Shown here piece after piece: positions 31,744 through 40,874 of a stretch of 64,000 nt of DNA. The first letter of the stretch is position 1. Every line of letters starts with the position of its first letter. Origin of the DNA: Kordia sp. TARA_039_SRF (GTDB taxonomy: Bacteria > Bacteroidota > Bacteroidia > Flavobacteriales > Flavobacteriaceae). The stretch covers positions 122,174 to 186,173 of the forward strand of contig SMNH02000006.1 in assembly GCA_006383075.2 (NCBI GenBank), in the 5' to 3' direction. Position numbers and translations under genes: made by a program. The notes under the pieces were generated by a model, which saw nothing but the letters and a program-made list of their open reading frames with translations, made no database searches and was not told where the DNA came from.

Positions 31744-32535
31744 CTAACGCCCAAGACCTAATTCCTTAATAAACTTCAACGCACTTTCGCCTGGATTGTC
31801 TGTTTTCATAAAATTTTCTCCAATCAAAAATCCTTGATAACCGTATGGTTTCAAATCTTTAATCGCTTCAACGGAGCTGATGCCACTTTCCGATACTTTT
31901 ACAAAATCATCTGGAATGTGGGTTGAAAGTTCTTTGCTGATGTCGGTGCTGACTTCAAAGGTTTTTAGGTTTCTGTTATTTACTCCTAACATATCCAGCG
32001 ACGGCATGATGGATTTTTGCAGTTCTTCCAAATTGTGTACTTCAAGCAATACATCCAAACCAAGACTTTTTGCGGTTTCCGAAAGCGTTTTGATTTCTTC
32101 ACGAGTCAAAACCGCTGCGATGAGTAGGATGACATCCGCACCATACGATTTGGCTTCTATGATTTGATATTCATCTATGATAAATTCTTTCCGTAAAATA
32201 GGCAATTGTACGCTTGCGCGTGCTAACAAAACATCTTCAAGCGAACCGCCAAAATATTTTCCGTCTGTCAATACCGACATGCCGCAAACACCAGCTTTTT
32301 CATAGCCTAAAGCCACATCATATACGCTGGCTTTTTGATTAATAACAGCTTTGGATGGCGAACGACGCTTAAATTCGGCAATGATTCCTGTCTCACTAGC
32401 TCTCAATGCCGCAGATAAAGAAGAAGTTTCACAATCGAATAATGCCGAACGCTCCAAAATCGACACGGGTACGATGCTTTTTTTTAGTGAAACTTCTTTG
32501 TGTTTATCTGCTATAATTTTGTCTAAAATGGTCAT
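31744..32535 (-). CDS. trpC: Indole-3-glycerol phosphate synthase
   Basis: IAEFKRRSPSK, SVLTD..YFGGS, LRKEFIIDEYQI, GVNNRNL, VSESGI. Confidence 0.97.
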   Translation of the reverse strand: MTILDKIIADKHKEVSLKKSIVPVSILERSALFDCETSSLSAALRASETGIIAEFKRRSPSKAVINQKASVYDVALGYEKAGVCGMSVLTDGKYFGGSLEDVLLARASVQLPILRKEFIIDEYQIIEAKSYGADVILLIAAVLTREEIKTLSETAKSLGLDVLLEVHNLEELQKSIMPSLDMLGVNNRNLKTFEVSTDISKELSTHIPDDFVKVSESGISSVEAIKDLKPYGYQGFLIGENFMKTDNPGESALKFIKELGLGR

Positions 32536-32573
32536 CTCAATATTTCTTTTTGTCGTTCCTGCATTTCTTTTTT

Positions 32574-32597
32574 GTCATTCCTGCGAAGGCAGGAATC
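32574..32597 (+). repeat. GTCATTCCTGCGAAGGCAGGAATC palindrome (family E) in the trpD-trpC spacer
   Basis: ATTCCTGC/GCAGGAAT stem; variants at 30970, 37563-37608, 39289 and 39334. Confidence 0.8.
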
Positions 32598-32668
32598 TAT
32601 TTTCTCTTTTTGTGTGATGCTGAATCAATACCCAACCAAATTGAGCATAAGGTTTTGCATGATGATAA

Positions 32669-33661
32669 CTATCTACTCAGCTCCTGCAATGTTTTTAAAA
32701 CTTTTAATGCTTTCCCAGATTGCAACGATTCTCTGGCAATTTCGAAACCTTCTTTTGCGTTCAAACCTTTTACGGTTGCAATTGCCATTCCTGCATTGGC
32801 ACATACGACATTGTTCTGCGGATTGGTTCCGTTGCCTTCTAAAATATCAGTGAATATTTTGGCTGCCGAAGCTACTGAATCGCCGCCGTAAATGTCTGCT
32901 TGTGTATGTTGTGGAACACCGAAATCGGCAGCAGTTAACATTTCTTCCGAATGGTTTCTAATAGCTTTGGTCGCGCCAGTTAGTGAAATTTCATCATAAC
33001 CATCAAGCGCATGTAGAATGGTGTAATTTTTATCTGTGTTTTGATATAAATAGCCATACATTCGTGCCAATTCTAAATTGAAAACTCCTACCATTTGATT
33101 TTTAGGAAATGCGGGATTTACCATTGGACCGAGCATATTAAAAAAGGTTTTGACACCTAATTCGCGTCGAATTGGCGCCACATTTTTCATGGCTGGATGA
33201 AATAATGGTGCATGTAATACACAAATTCCTGCTTGTTCAATACATTTCTCTAAGAAATCGGTGTCGTTGGTAAATTTGATACCTAAATATTCCATCACGT
33301 TTGATGAACCACTGACCGAAGAAACGCCATAGTTTCCGTGTTTGGCAACATGTACGCTAGCTCCAGCTGTAATGAAAGATGCCAAAGTTGATATGTTAAA
33401 GGTGTCTTTTCCATCGCCGCCCGTTCCGCATAAATCAATAGCGTTGTAGGCTGATAAATCCACAGGAATGCATAATTCGAGTAATGCGTCGCGGAAACCT
33501 TTGAGTTCTTCTAAGGTCACACTTCGCATCATAAAAACCGTTAGAAAAGAAGCTATCTGACTCGGATTGTACATGTCTTTTGAGATATTGACCAAGACTT
33601 GTTTGGCTTCTTCTTCTGAGATGCTTTCGTGGTTGATGAGTCTGTTTAGTAGTTTTTTCAT
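32669..33661 (-). CDS. trpD: Anthranilate phosphoribosyltransferase
   Basis: DLCGTGGDG..TFNIST, KHGN..VSS.SGSS, FNMLGP..NP, DGYDEIS. Confidence 0.97.
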   Translation of the reverse strand: MKKLLNRLINHESISEEEAKQVLVNISKDMYNPSQIASFLTVFMMRSVTLEELKGFRDALLELCIPVDLSAYNAIDLCGTGGDGKDTFNISTLASFITAGASVHVAKHGNYGVSSVSGSSNVMEYLGIKFTNDTDFLEKCIEQAGICVLHAPLFHPAMKNVAPIRRELGVKTFFNMLGPMVNPAFPKNQMVGVFNLELARMYGYLYQNTDKNYTILHALDGYDEISLTGATKAIRNHSEEMLTAADFGVPQHTQADIYGGDSVASAAKIFTDILEGNGTNPQNNVVCANAGMAIATVKGLNAKEGFEIARESLQSGKALKVLKTLQELSR

Positions 33662-33795
33662 GTAGTTTGATTAAAAGATTGAAACATTCAATGATTGAAT
33701 GATTCAAGTTTTATTTTTTTAGTATTGAGGCTTTAGTATTGAGAATTGAGACGAGTTCAAAAAAAATCTAAATATTCAATTCTAATATCTCACAG

Positions 33796-34362
33796 CTAGT
33801 TTTTTACCCAATTTTCTAGTATTTGTTTTCCGTGTGGCGTGAGTACAGATTCTGGATGATATTGCACGGCGCGCACATCGTATTCTTTGTGGCGTAGCGA
33901 CATGATTTGTCCGTTTTCATCATACGAAGTCGCTTCTAGTGTTTGGGGAAGCGGACTTGCGACAATCCATGAATGGTAGCGTCCGACCTCAAAAGTTTCA
34001 GGTAAATTTTTAAAGAGCGATTCGTCATCCACCGTAACTTTTACTTTTGTGGCAACACCGTGATACACTTGCTCTAAATTGGTAAGCGAACCTCCAAAAA
34101 CTTCTCCAATGGCTTGCTGTCCCAAACACACACCTAAGATACTTTTGGTTGCCGCGTATTTTTCAATGATAGGTTTTAGTAAACCTGCTTCATCTGGAAT
34201 TCCAGGGCCTGGCGACAGAATGATTTTTTCATACGCTGCAACTTCTTCTAGCGACAATTGGTCGTTTCTTTTGACCGTGACATCACATTCCAAATCTTCC
34301 AAATAATGGACAAGATTGTAGGTGAAGCTGTCGTAATTGTCTATGACTAATACTTTTTTCAT
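33796..34362 (-). CDS. trpG: Anthranilate synthase component II (glutamine amidotransferase)
   Basis: IDNYDSFTYNL, LSPGPG, LGVCLGQQ, RYHS, QYHPES; start placed at ATG 34362. Confidence 0.95.
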   Translation of the reverse strand: MKKVLVIDNYDSFTYNLVHYLEDLECDVTVKRNDQLSLEEVAAYEKIILSPGPGIPDEAGLLKPIIEKYAATKSILGVCLGQQAIGEVFGGSLTNLEQVYHGVATKVKVTVDDESLFKNLPETFEVGRYHSWIVASPLPQTLEATSYDENGQIMSLRHKEYDVRAVQYHPESVLTPHGKQILENWVKN

Positions 34363-34441
34363 TTTGTTTGTTGTTAGCATTGAGGTTTTAGTATTGAGTA
34401 TTGAGACAAGTTTGATTTATACTTGGTGTTTTTAGAGAAAC

Positions 34442-34578
34442 AGATTGCTTCGGCTTTTGCCTCGCAATGACGTTTCATAATAATCTCAATATTCAATACT
34501 CATATCTCACATCTAATTATATTTTTTTCAAAGTACTTCTCGATACAAAATTCTTTCAGAATTTCACTCGAAGTGACG
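34442..34578 (-). repeat. Two CGTCA-tagged palindromes in the trpE-trpG spacer
   Basis: Family C CGTCATTGCGAGG..GAAGCAATCT at 34442-34472; family A at 34536-34578. Confidence 0.8.
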
Positions 34579-34609
34579 TTTTTGTTTCGAATAGTTTTTT
34601 TAATTTTTA

Positions 34610-34672
34610 TTCAACATTCAACATTCAACATTCAACATTCAACATTCAACATTCAACATTCAACATTCAACA
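34610..34672 (+). repeat. Perfect heptamer tandem repeat (TTCAACA)9
   Basis: Nine exact units counted, starting 4 nt beyond the trpE stop codon. Confidence 0.97.
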
Positions 34673-34676
34673 TTCC

Positions 34677-36071
34677 CTAGATGGTTTCTGCGATTTCTAG
34701 GGCTTTGTTTAAGGCTCTTAGTTTGTTATATACTTCTTGGTTTTCGTTTTCTTCGTTTGATTTTGCTACAATTCCCGCGCCTGCTTGATAGTGTAATTTG
34801 TGGTTTTTGCTTAGAAATGTTCGAATCATGATGGCATGATTGAAGTTTCCTTGAAAGTCCATAAAACCAATGGCGCCACCGTAAAAATCGCGGTTAGAGG
34901 TTTCGTACTTTTCTATCAATTGCATGGCTTTGTGTTTTGGTGCGCCGCTAAGCGTTCCCGCAGGAAAGGTGTCTGCCACAACTTGCATGGTTGGTACATT
35001 TTCATGCTTTTGCGCTGTGACTTTTGATACCAAATGAATCACGTGTGAAAAGAATTGCAATTCTTTATACGTTTCAACATTGACTTGATTTCCGTTTCGA
35101 CTTAAATCGTTTCGCGCCAAATCGACCAGCATCACGTGTTCGGCATTTTCTTTTGGATCGTTGAAAAGTCTCTTCGCGGAAGCGGCATCTTCTTCATCAT
35201 TTCCAGTACGTTTAAAGGTTCCTGCAATTGGGTGAATTTCGGTGTGACCTTCATGAACAACCAATTGCGCTTCTGGAGAAGAACCAAAGATTTTGAAATC
35301 GCCATAGTCAAAATAGAACAAATATGGCGACGGATTGATACTTCGCAATGCGCGATATACATTGAATTCATCTCCTTTAAATTTTTGAATGAATCTTCGC
35401 GATAGCACTAATTGAAATACATCACCACGATAACAGTGTTTTTTTGCCAACGCCACATTTTGCTTGAACTGTTCATCGTCCATATTGGATTCGCGTTCGC
35501 CGTCAATAGTAAAGTTGTATGTGGTAAAGTTTCGGGAATTTAATAAGTGTTCAATGGCTGCAATATTATTTTCTTTTTCATAGCAATGTGAAAAGATATA
35601 TGCTTCGTTTTTAAAGTGATTGAATGCAATGATATTTTGGTAAATCGCGTAGTACATGTCAGGAATGTGAAGCGATTGTTCTTTTTTAGAAATTTCGACC
35701 GATTCAAAGTAGCGAACCGCATCGTAGGCAATGTAGCCAAATAAGCCATTGTTGATAAATTTAAAATCGTTTTCGTCAGTTTCAAACTGTTGCGAAAACT
35801 CGTGAATCAACGCAGGAACATTGGTAGTTTCCGTGATTGGCGTTGTGTCTGATGCACCATCTGGAAATTCTCGCGTAAGCGTTTCATTTTCCACCTTAAT
35901 ACTCGCAATCGGATTGCAACATACATACGAAAAACTGTTGTCGCTGGCGTGATAGTCACTACTTTCCAACAGCAGACTGTTTGGGAATTTATCTCTGATT
36001 TTTAAGTAGACACTTACGGGCGTTATGGTGTCTGCTAGTATTTTTTTATGTGTTGTTTTTAGTTTGTACAT
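34677..36071 (-). CDS. trpE: Anthranilate synthase component I
   Basis: DTITPVSVYL, LLES, GDVFQLVLSR, NPSPY, KENAEHVMLVDLARND, FPAGTLSGAPK, AGAGIV; ATG 36071 preferred over TTG 36077. Confidence 0.96.
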   Translation of the reverse strand: MYKLKTTHKKILADTITPVSVYLKIRDKFPNSLLLESSDYHASDNSFSYVCCNPIASIKVENETLTREFPDGASDTTPITETTNVPALIHEFSQQFETDENDFKFINNGLFGYIAYDAVRYFESVEISKKEQSLHIPDMYYAIYQNIIAFNHFKNEAYIFSHCYEKENNIAAIEHLLNSRNFTTYNFTIDGERESNMDDEQFKQNVALAKKHCYRGDVFQLVLSRRFIQKFKGDEFNVYRALRSINPSPYLFYFDYGDFKIFGSSPEAQLVVHEGHTEIHPIAGTFKRTGNDEEDAASAKRLFNDPKENAEHVMLVDLARNDLSRNGNQVNVETYKELQFFSHVIHLVSKVTAQKHENVPTMQVVADTFPAGTLSGAPKHKAMQLIEKYETSNRDFYGGAIGFMDFQGNFNHAIMIRTFLSKNHKLHYQAGAGIVAKSNEENENQEVYNKLRALNKALEIAETI

Positions 36072-36085
36072 GTTCAATTTGTTTC

Positions 36086-36124
36086 AAAAAAAAGAAGACT
36101 TGTCGTGATTGACAAGTCTTCTTT
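36086..36124 (-). terminator. trp attenuator terminator
   Basis: Minus strand GAAGACTTGTC-AATCAC-GACAAGTCTTC followed by a long T run; an antiterminator partner TCGTGA..AAGTC overlaps the trpL stop. Confidence 0.9.
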
Positions 36125-36156
36125 GATATCTATTATTTATAAATAGGGGACTTTCC

Positions 36157-36213
36157 TCACGATTTTGAAGTTCGTAAGTTCCACCACCAAGTATTTACAA
36201 AATTAGTTTTCAT
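36157..36213 (-). CDS. trpL: trp operon leader peptide MKTNFVNTWWWNLRTSKS
   Basis: 18-aa ORF with three consecutive TGG codons between a -7 promoter and the attenuator hairpin; not in the ORF track. Confidence 0.92.
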   Translation of the reverse strand: MKTNFVNTWWWNLRTSKS

Positions 36214-36230
36214 TATCTTTTTGTGTTGCA

Positions 36231-36238
36231 CAAATATA
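36231..36238 (-). promoter_or_regulatory. -7 promoter element of the trp operon
   Basis: TATATTTG on the minus strand, 17 nt before the trpL ATG. Confidence 0.75.
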
Positions 36239-36279
36239 AAAACGAATATTTGAATTAAAAAAAGATTTTTTATAAAAAA

Positions 36280-36846
36280 TTAATACTTTAACGTAACTGC
36301 TAAGTCAAATTCGTCGTTGATGGCTTTGTCTTTCAATCCGTCAATGAATGTAGCAGAACCATATTTGATACCAAATTTTGTACGGTCTACTTTTAAAGTA
36401 GTTTCTGCTGAGCTGTTCTCCAATTCAATGTCAAAAGCTACGCGCGACGTACTTTCCTTAATTTTTAAGTCGGCTGCAACTCTGTATACATTGTCGTCAG
36501 TTTCAACAACTTTTTTGAATGTTAAGGTTGCTGTAGGATACTTTGCTACACCAAAAAAGTCGTCAGATTTTAAATGTCCGTCTAAATTTTGCTTGCTTTC
36601 GCCGCTTAAATCTGTAGTGTTGATGGATGACATGTCAATTACGAATGTTCCGCCAACTAACTTTCCATCATTAAACTTTAACGTTCCAGATTTGAAATCG
36701 ATAGTTCCTTCGTGTTGTCCAGTTACTTTATAACCTGTCCAGTTTACTTTGCTTTCTTTTGTGTCAATTTGTTTGTTTTGTGCAACGCTTGTTGCTACTG
36801 TAGCGAACATAAATACAGCTACCAATGTTAAAATACGTGTTTTCAT
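36280..36846 (-). CDS. YceI family secreted lipid/polyisoprenoid-binding protein
   Basis: Signal peptide, SKVNWTG, HEG, LDGHLKSDDFF...YPTA, DRTKFGI. Confidence 0.92.
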   Translation of the reverse strand: MKTRILTLVAVFMFATVATSVAQNKQIDTKESKVNWTGYKVTGQHEGTIDFKSGTLKFNDGKLVGGTFVIDMSSINTTDLSGESKQNLDGHLKSDDFFGVAKYPTATLTFKKVVETDDNVYRVAADLKIKESTSRVAFDIELENSSAETTLKVDRTKFGIKYGSATFIDGLKDKAINDEFDLAVTLKY

Positions 36847-36887
36847 TTTCTTGTTTTTAATAAATGTCGATTTGTTTTAGGGCAATT

Positions 36888-37352
36888 TTACTCGGATTGC
36901 GAACCTCTTAATTTTTCCAATAATATATTGAGCGTTTCTGCTTCATTAATTGTTAATAATCGCGTCATGCTATCTTCTAGTGCTTCCAGTTTAGGATTGA
37001 TAGTATCTAGTAGCTCCAAACCATTTTCAGTAATGATAATTTCTACTTTTCTACGATTTTCTGGACAGATAGAACGTTCTACCAAGTCTTTTGTAATCAA
37101 TTTGTCAATCAATCGTGTGGTGTTGCTATTTTTATGTACCATGCGCTCTTGAATCGTAGCCAAATTGGCAGGTTTTCCTTTTTGACCTTTCAAAATACGC
37201 AACACATTAAACTGTTGTAATGAAATATCGTACTGTTTGAAGAAACTTGTGTATTTCTCCATAAAAATATTATTCGTCACAAAAAAGTTGATTGCGGTTC
37301 TTTTAGATAAAGGCAATACGGCATCACTTTTTAAAACGTCTTCTAATTTCAT
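36888..37352 (-). CDS. MarR family transcriptional regulator
   Basis: ISLQQFNVLRIL, NTTRLIDKL..KDLVER...ENRR...I.IT..G; TACATTTG at 37379-37386. Confidence 0.92.
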   Translation of the reverse strand: MKLEDVLKSDAVLPLSKRTAINFFVTNNIFMEKYTSFFKQYDISLQQFNVLRILKGQKGKPANLATIQERMVHKNSNTTRLIDKLITKDLVERSICPENRRKVEIIITENGLELLDTINPKLEALEDSMTRLLTINEAETLNILLEKLRGSQSE

Positions 37353-37455
37353 AGTTGTCTGTACAATATTTGTATATACAAATGTAGTGATATTTTGTTC
37401 TTGAAAAAGTAGAGTAGTGTTAAAATTTTATTAATTTTTTTTGATAGACACGCTT

Positions 37456-37608
37456 CACTTCGACAAGCTCAGTGCAAGCGCTTATGGAATCGCTTTGCTC
37501 TTAGATACGCTTCGCTTTGGAATTTTAGTATCGCTTTGCTTTTGTATTTTAAAGTTTACGTTGTCTTTCCTGTGGCTTGTGCAGAGCTCGCCGAAGTAAG
37601 GCAGGAAT
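37456..37608. repeat. Inverted pair of CACTTCGACAAGCTCAGTGCAAGC-type elements (family F); the second sits inside a family E palindrome
   Basis: 37456-37479 versus the reverse complement of 37575-37598: 18/24 identical. Confidence 0.7.
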
Positions 37609-37778
37609 TCATTGTTTTTTCAAAATAAATTCATAAACAAGTACAAAATTACTGTCAAACACATTAGCGCATTACAAAAATCTCAATACTCAATACTAAC
37701 ATCTCAAATCTACCAACAAAAACATACCAAATTAAACCTTCACAACGTTTTGTAAGTCATACAACAAACGAATTAACT

Positions 37779-39155
37779 ATGACTGTTTCAGAGATCGTGC
37801 ATTTGTACAACAGAGTTGGGTTTGGAATTTCAGCTAAAAAAGTCCAATCGCTTCAAGGGTTGTCGCGAGTGGAATTTGTTTCGCAATTGTTTGAGGCTTC
37901 TCAAAAAGTTGAACCGTTGACAATCAATCTTACAGAATTGCGCAATAGTTTGAATGGACTGAATTTGAAAGACCGAAAGAAGATTCGTTCGCTTATTAAA
38001 GACAGTGTAAAAAAAGTACACGAATTGAATATTGCTTGGTTGTACAAACTCGGAACGACTGAGCAGTTACTTCGCGAAAAAATGACGCTTTTTTGGGCAA
38101 ATCACTTTGTGTGTCACGATAAAAATATACTGCATTTTGAACAGTACAACAATACGCTTCGCACACATGCTTTAGGTAATTTTAAAGAATTTGTCATTGC
38201 CATTTCGAAAGAAGCTTCCATGATTAAATATCTTAATAACAAACAAAACAAGAAGCAAAAACCGAACGAGAATTTTGCGCGTGAGTTGTTGGAATTGTTT
38301 ACGCTTGGACGTGATAAGGAATACACTGAAAAAGATATTAAAGAAGCCGCACGCGCATTTACAGGCTGGAATCATGATTTGCGTGGAAATTTCCGTTTGC
38401 GACGTTTTCAACACGATTATGGACAAAAAACGTTTCTTGGAAAAACTGGTAATTTTGACGGTTCAGACATTATTGACATCATTTTACAGCAAAAACAGTG
38501 CGCACAATTTATCTGCGAGAACATCTATCGTTATTTTGTGAATGATAAAATAGATGCTTCCTGCGTAAGCGAAATGACGGACATTTTTTATAAAGATTAC
38601 AATATTGAAAATTTGATGCGTTTTGTGTTAACTTCTGATTGGTTTTATGACCAAAAAAATATTGGCACAAAGATAAAATCGCCTGTAGAATTTCTCATCG
38701 GAATGCACAGAGTTGTACCCATGAAATTTGAAAAAGAGCGTGAATTGGTGTATTTACAAAAACTTTTGGGACAACATTTATTGTTTCCGCCGAATGTAGC
38801 AGGATGGAAAGGCGGCAGAAATTGGATTAATCCGAACACGATGATGTTGCGCCTGCGATTGCCTTCTGTCTTATTAGCAAATGGAGAAATTGCATTAGAC
38901 GAAAAAGGCGAATTTGAAGACGATTTTCAGCGTTTTAACAACAAACAAAATCGTCAACGGAGATTGAAAGTGACGCCCGATTGGAATGCATTTTACAAAA
39001 ATCATAAAAATATAACCGAAACACAATTGCAGCAAAGCTTGCTTGCAAGTCCTATAAATAAAGGAACAGAAACGTATTTGGAAAAATTAGCGAATCAAGA
39101 TTTGAAAGAAACTTGTATTCAGTTGATGTCGTTGCCAGAGTATCAGTTGTGTTAG
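37779..39155 (+). CDS. DUF1800 family protein
   Basis: LREKMTLFWANHF, PNENFARELLELFTLG, PPNVAGW, SLPEYQL. Confidence 0.93.
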   Translation: MTVSEIVHLYNRVGFGISAKKVQSLQGLSRVEFVSQLFEASQKVEPLTINLTELRNSLNGLNLKDRKKIRSLIKDSVKKVHELNIAWLYKLGTTEQLLREKMTLFWANHFVCHDKNILHFEQYNNTLRTHALGNFKEFVIAISKEASMIKYLNNKQNKKQKPNENFARELLELFTLGRDKEYTEKDIKEAARAFTGWNHDLRGNFRLRRFQHDYGQKTFLGKTGNFDGSDIIDIILQQKQCAQFICENIYRYFVNDKIDASCVSEMTDIFYKDYNIENLMRFVLTSDWFYDQKNIGTKIKSPVEFLIGMHRVVPMKFEKERELVYLQKLLGQHLLFPPNVAGWKGGRNWINPNTMMLRLRLPSVLLANGEIALDEKGEFEDDFQRFNNKQNRQRRLKVTPDWNAFYKNHKNITETQLQQSLLASPINKGTETYLEKLANQDLKETCIQLMSLPEYQLC

Positions 39156-39192
39156 TTCGTTGTAATTATGAACAAAATTAATATTATAGAAA

Positions 39193-39351
39193 TGTCAGTT
39201 AGAGCGCAGTCGAAAACAGCTGAGAAACGAAGATTTTGATAGTTTGATGATATCCGATTTTCTAACAAAACAAAAGTAATTCAATGTGATTCCTGCTTTC
39301 GTAGGAATTTGAAAATGTAGTGTTAGTATGAGGTTCCCGTTTTCACGGGAA
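39193..39351. repeat. Palindromic repeats between DUF1800 and DUF1501
   Basis: Family D variant at 39193-39217; family E-like ATTCCTGC..GTAGGAAT at 39289-39308 and TTCCCGT..ACGGGAA at 39334-39351. Confidence 0.7.
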
Positions 39352-39366
39352 TAAAAACAAGTTTTT

Positions 39367-40557
39367 ATGAACAGAAGAGATTTTATAAAACAAGCTTCCT
39401 TAGCAAGTACCGCGATGTTCTTGCCAAAATTCGTTTCGGGTTTTAATTTGATCGATTCCGCCGTAGCGACAGGAAAAAAATTGGTCATAATCCAATTATC
39501 AGGTGGAAATGATGGATTAAATACCGTCGTGCCCTTTCGAAATGATATTTATTTTGAAAAACGACCGTCGTTGGCGCAGCAAAAATCGAATTTGATTGGC
39601 ATTACGGATGATATTGGTTTTCATGAAAGTCTCATAGCGCATAGCGATTTGTATCATAATGGAGAATTGTGTGTGGTGAATAATGTAGGATATCCGAATC
39701 CGAATCGTTCACATTTTCGTGCTACCGATATTTGGCATACGGCGAGCGACGCTAATGAATACCTGCAATCGGGTTGGGTTGGGCGTTATTTAGATGTTAC
39801 CAAAAGTAAATCGTTAGACGCCATTGAAGTAGATGATACGTTGTCACTATTGTTGAAAGGCGAACAAACGGATGGTATTGCGACGAAAAATCCGAAGTTG
39901 TTTTTTAGAACCACACATGCACCGTATTTTAAGAAAGTGGTGCAGCATCACGATGATGCACATTTGAGCGAACACAATTTGGGATATTTGTACAAAACGA
40001 TGGTGACAGCTTCCAATTCTGCAAAATATCTATACGAAACTTCCAAAACTTATGCTTCTAAAATTGAGTATCCGAATAATGAATTTGCCAAGCAGCTTAA
40101 GCAAGTCGCGCAATTTATCAATTCAGGTTTGCAGACAAAAGTGTATTACACGTCGCTTGGTGGATTTGACACGCATGCAAATCAGGTGAACAAACAAAAA
40201 CGCTTGTTAAAGGTCTATGATGAAGCCATTGCAGCATTTATCAAGGATTTAAAACAGCAAGATTCGTTTAAAGACACGTTGATTATGACCTTTTCTGAAT
40301 TTGGGCGTCGCGTGCAACAAAACGCTGCTAATGGAACTGACCACGGAACGGCGAATCAGGTGTTTTTGATTGGAAAGCAGTTAAAAAAAGCAGGATTTTA
40401 CAATGCTATGCCCAATTTGTCCAACTTAGACGAGAATGGCGATTTAAAATTTGACGTAGATTTTAGAAAGATTTACGCATCCATTTTGAACAACTGGTTA
40501 GATGTAGATGCTACAAAAGTGATGCGTAGTTCTTTTATCGATATGAAAATCGTTTAA
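39367..40557 (+). CDS. DUF1501 family protein with twin-arginine signal
   Basis: MNRRDFIK, LSGGNDGLN, SHF, GGFDTH, SEFGRR, GTDHG, DFRKIYA. Confidence 0.93.
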   Translation: MNRRDFIKQASLASTAMFLPKFVSGFNLIDSAVATGKKLVIIQLSGGNDGLNTVVPFRNDIYFEKRPSLAQQKSNLIGITDDIGFHESLIAHSDLYHNGELCVVNNVGYPNPNRSHFRATDIWHTASDANEYLQSGWVGRYLDVTKSKSLDAIEVDDTLSLLLKGEQTDGIATKNPKLFFRTTHAPYFKKVVQHHDDAHLSEHNLGYLYKTMVTASNSAKYLYETSKTYASKIEYPNNEFAKQLKQVAQFINSGLQTKVYYTSLGGFDTHANQVNKQKRLLKVYDEAIAAFIKDLKQQDSFKDTLIMTFSEFGRRVQQNAANGTDHGTANQVFLIGKQLKKAGFYNAMPNLSNLDENGDLKFDVDFRKIYASILNNWLDVDATKVMRSSFIDMKIV

Positions 40558-40563
40558 ATGACT

Positions 40564-40719
40564 TTAAGCGCAGCAAACTCTATTGGTGCCAGCGTTGCAT
40601 TTGCTCACTTCAGATTTTTGCTCTGCTGGCGAACGAAATCCGCCAAATAAAATTGCGGTATCTAACGTAGAAATGGTTTGCTTATTCAGTTTGATGGTTT
40701 GTAAATTTCTTTTCTTCAT
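40564..40719 (-). CDS. Putative RiPP precursor, 51 aa: MKKRNLQTIKLNKQTISTLDTAILFGG-FRSPAEQKSEVSKCNAGTNRVCCA
   Basis: Translated by hand, ATG 40719 to TAA 40564; A-rich initiation region; KLNKxTISxL..GG leader; Ser/Thr/Cys core. Confidence 0.75.
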   Translation of the reverse strand: MKKRNLQTIKLNKQTISTLDTAILFGGFRSPAEQKSEVSKCNAGTNRVCCA

Positions 40720-40874
40720 GATTATAACATTTTTAGTTTTTTGAAAGGTATCAAACCAACGTGAAATTTTAGTATGGTAAAACCGTAGATGTCACAGTAT
40801 AAATCTTAAAATGTGTTAAATAGAAAAGCTTTCCGGGAGACTTTTAGTATTTTTAATCTTTATTAAAAACCGTT

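Noticed and set aside
32550-32891. Plus-strand ORFs at 32550 and 32572 (VIPAKAGI-containing)
   Set aside because: They are antisense to trpD and read through a family E palindrome; a typical repeat-derived spurious ORF.
34467-34700. 77-aa ORF with FNIQHST repeats
   Set aside because: It is a translation of (TTCAACA)9 and a REP, antisense to the trp operon.
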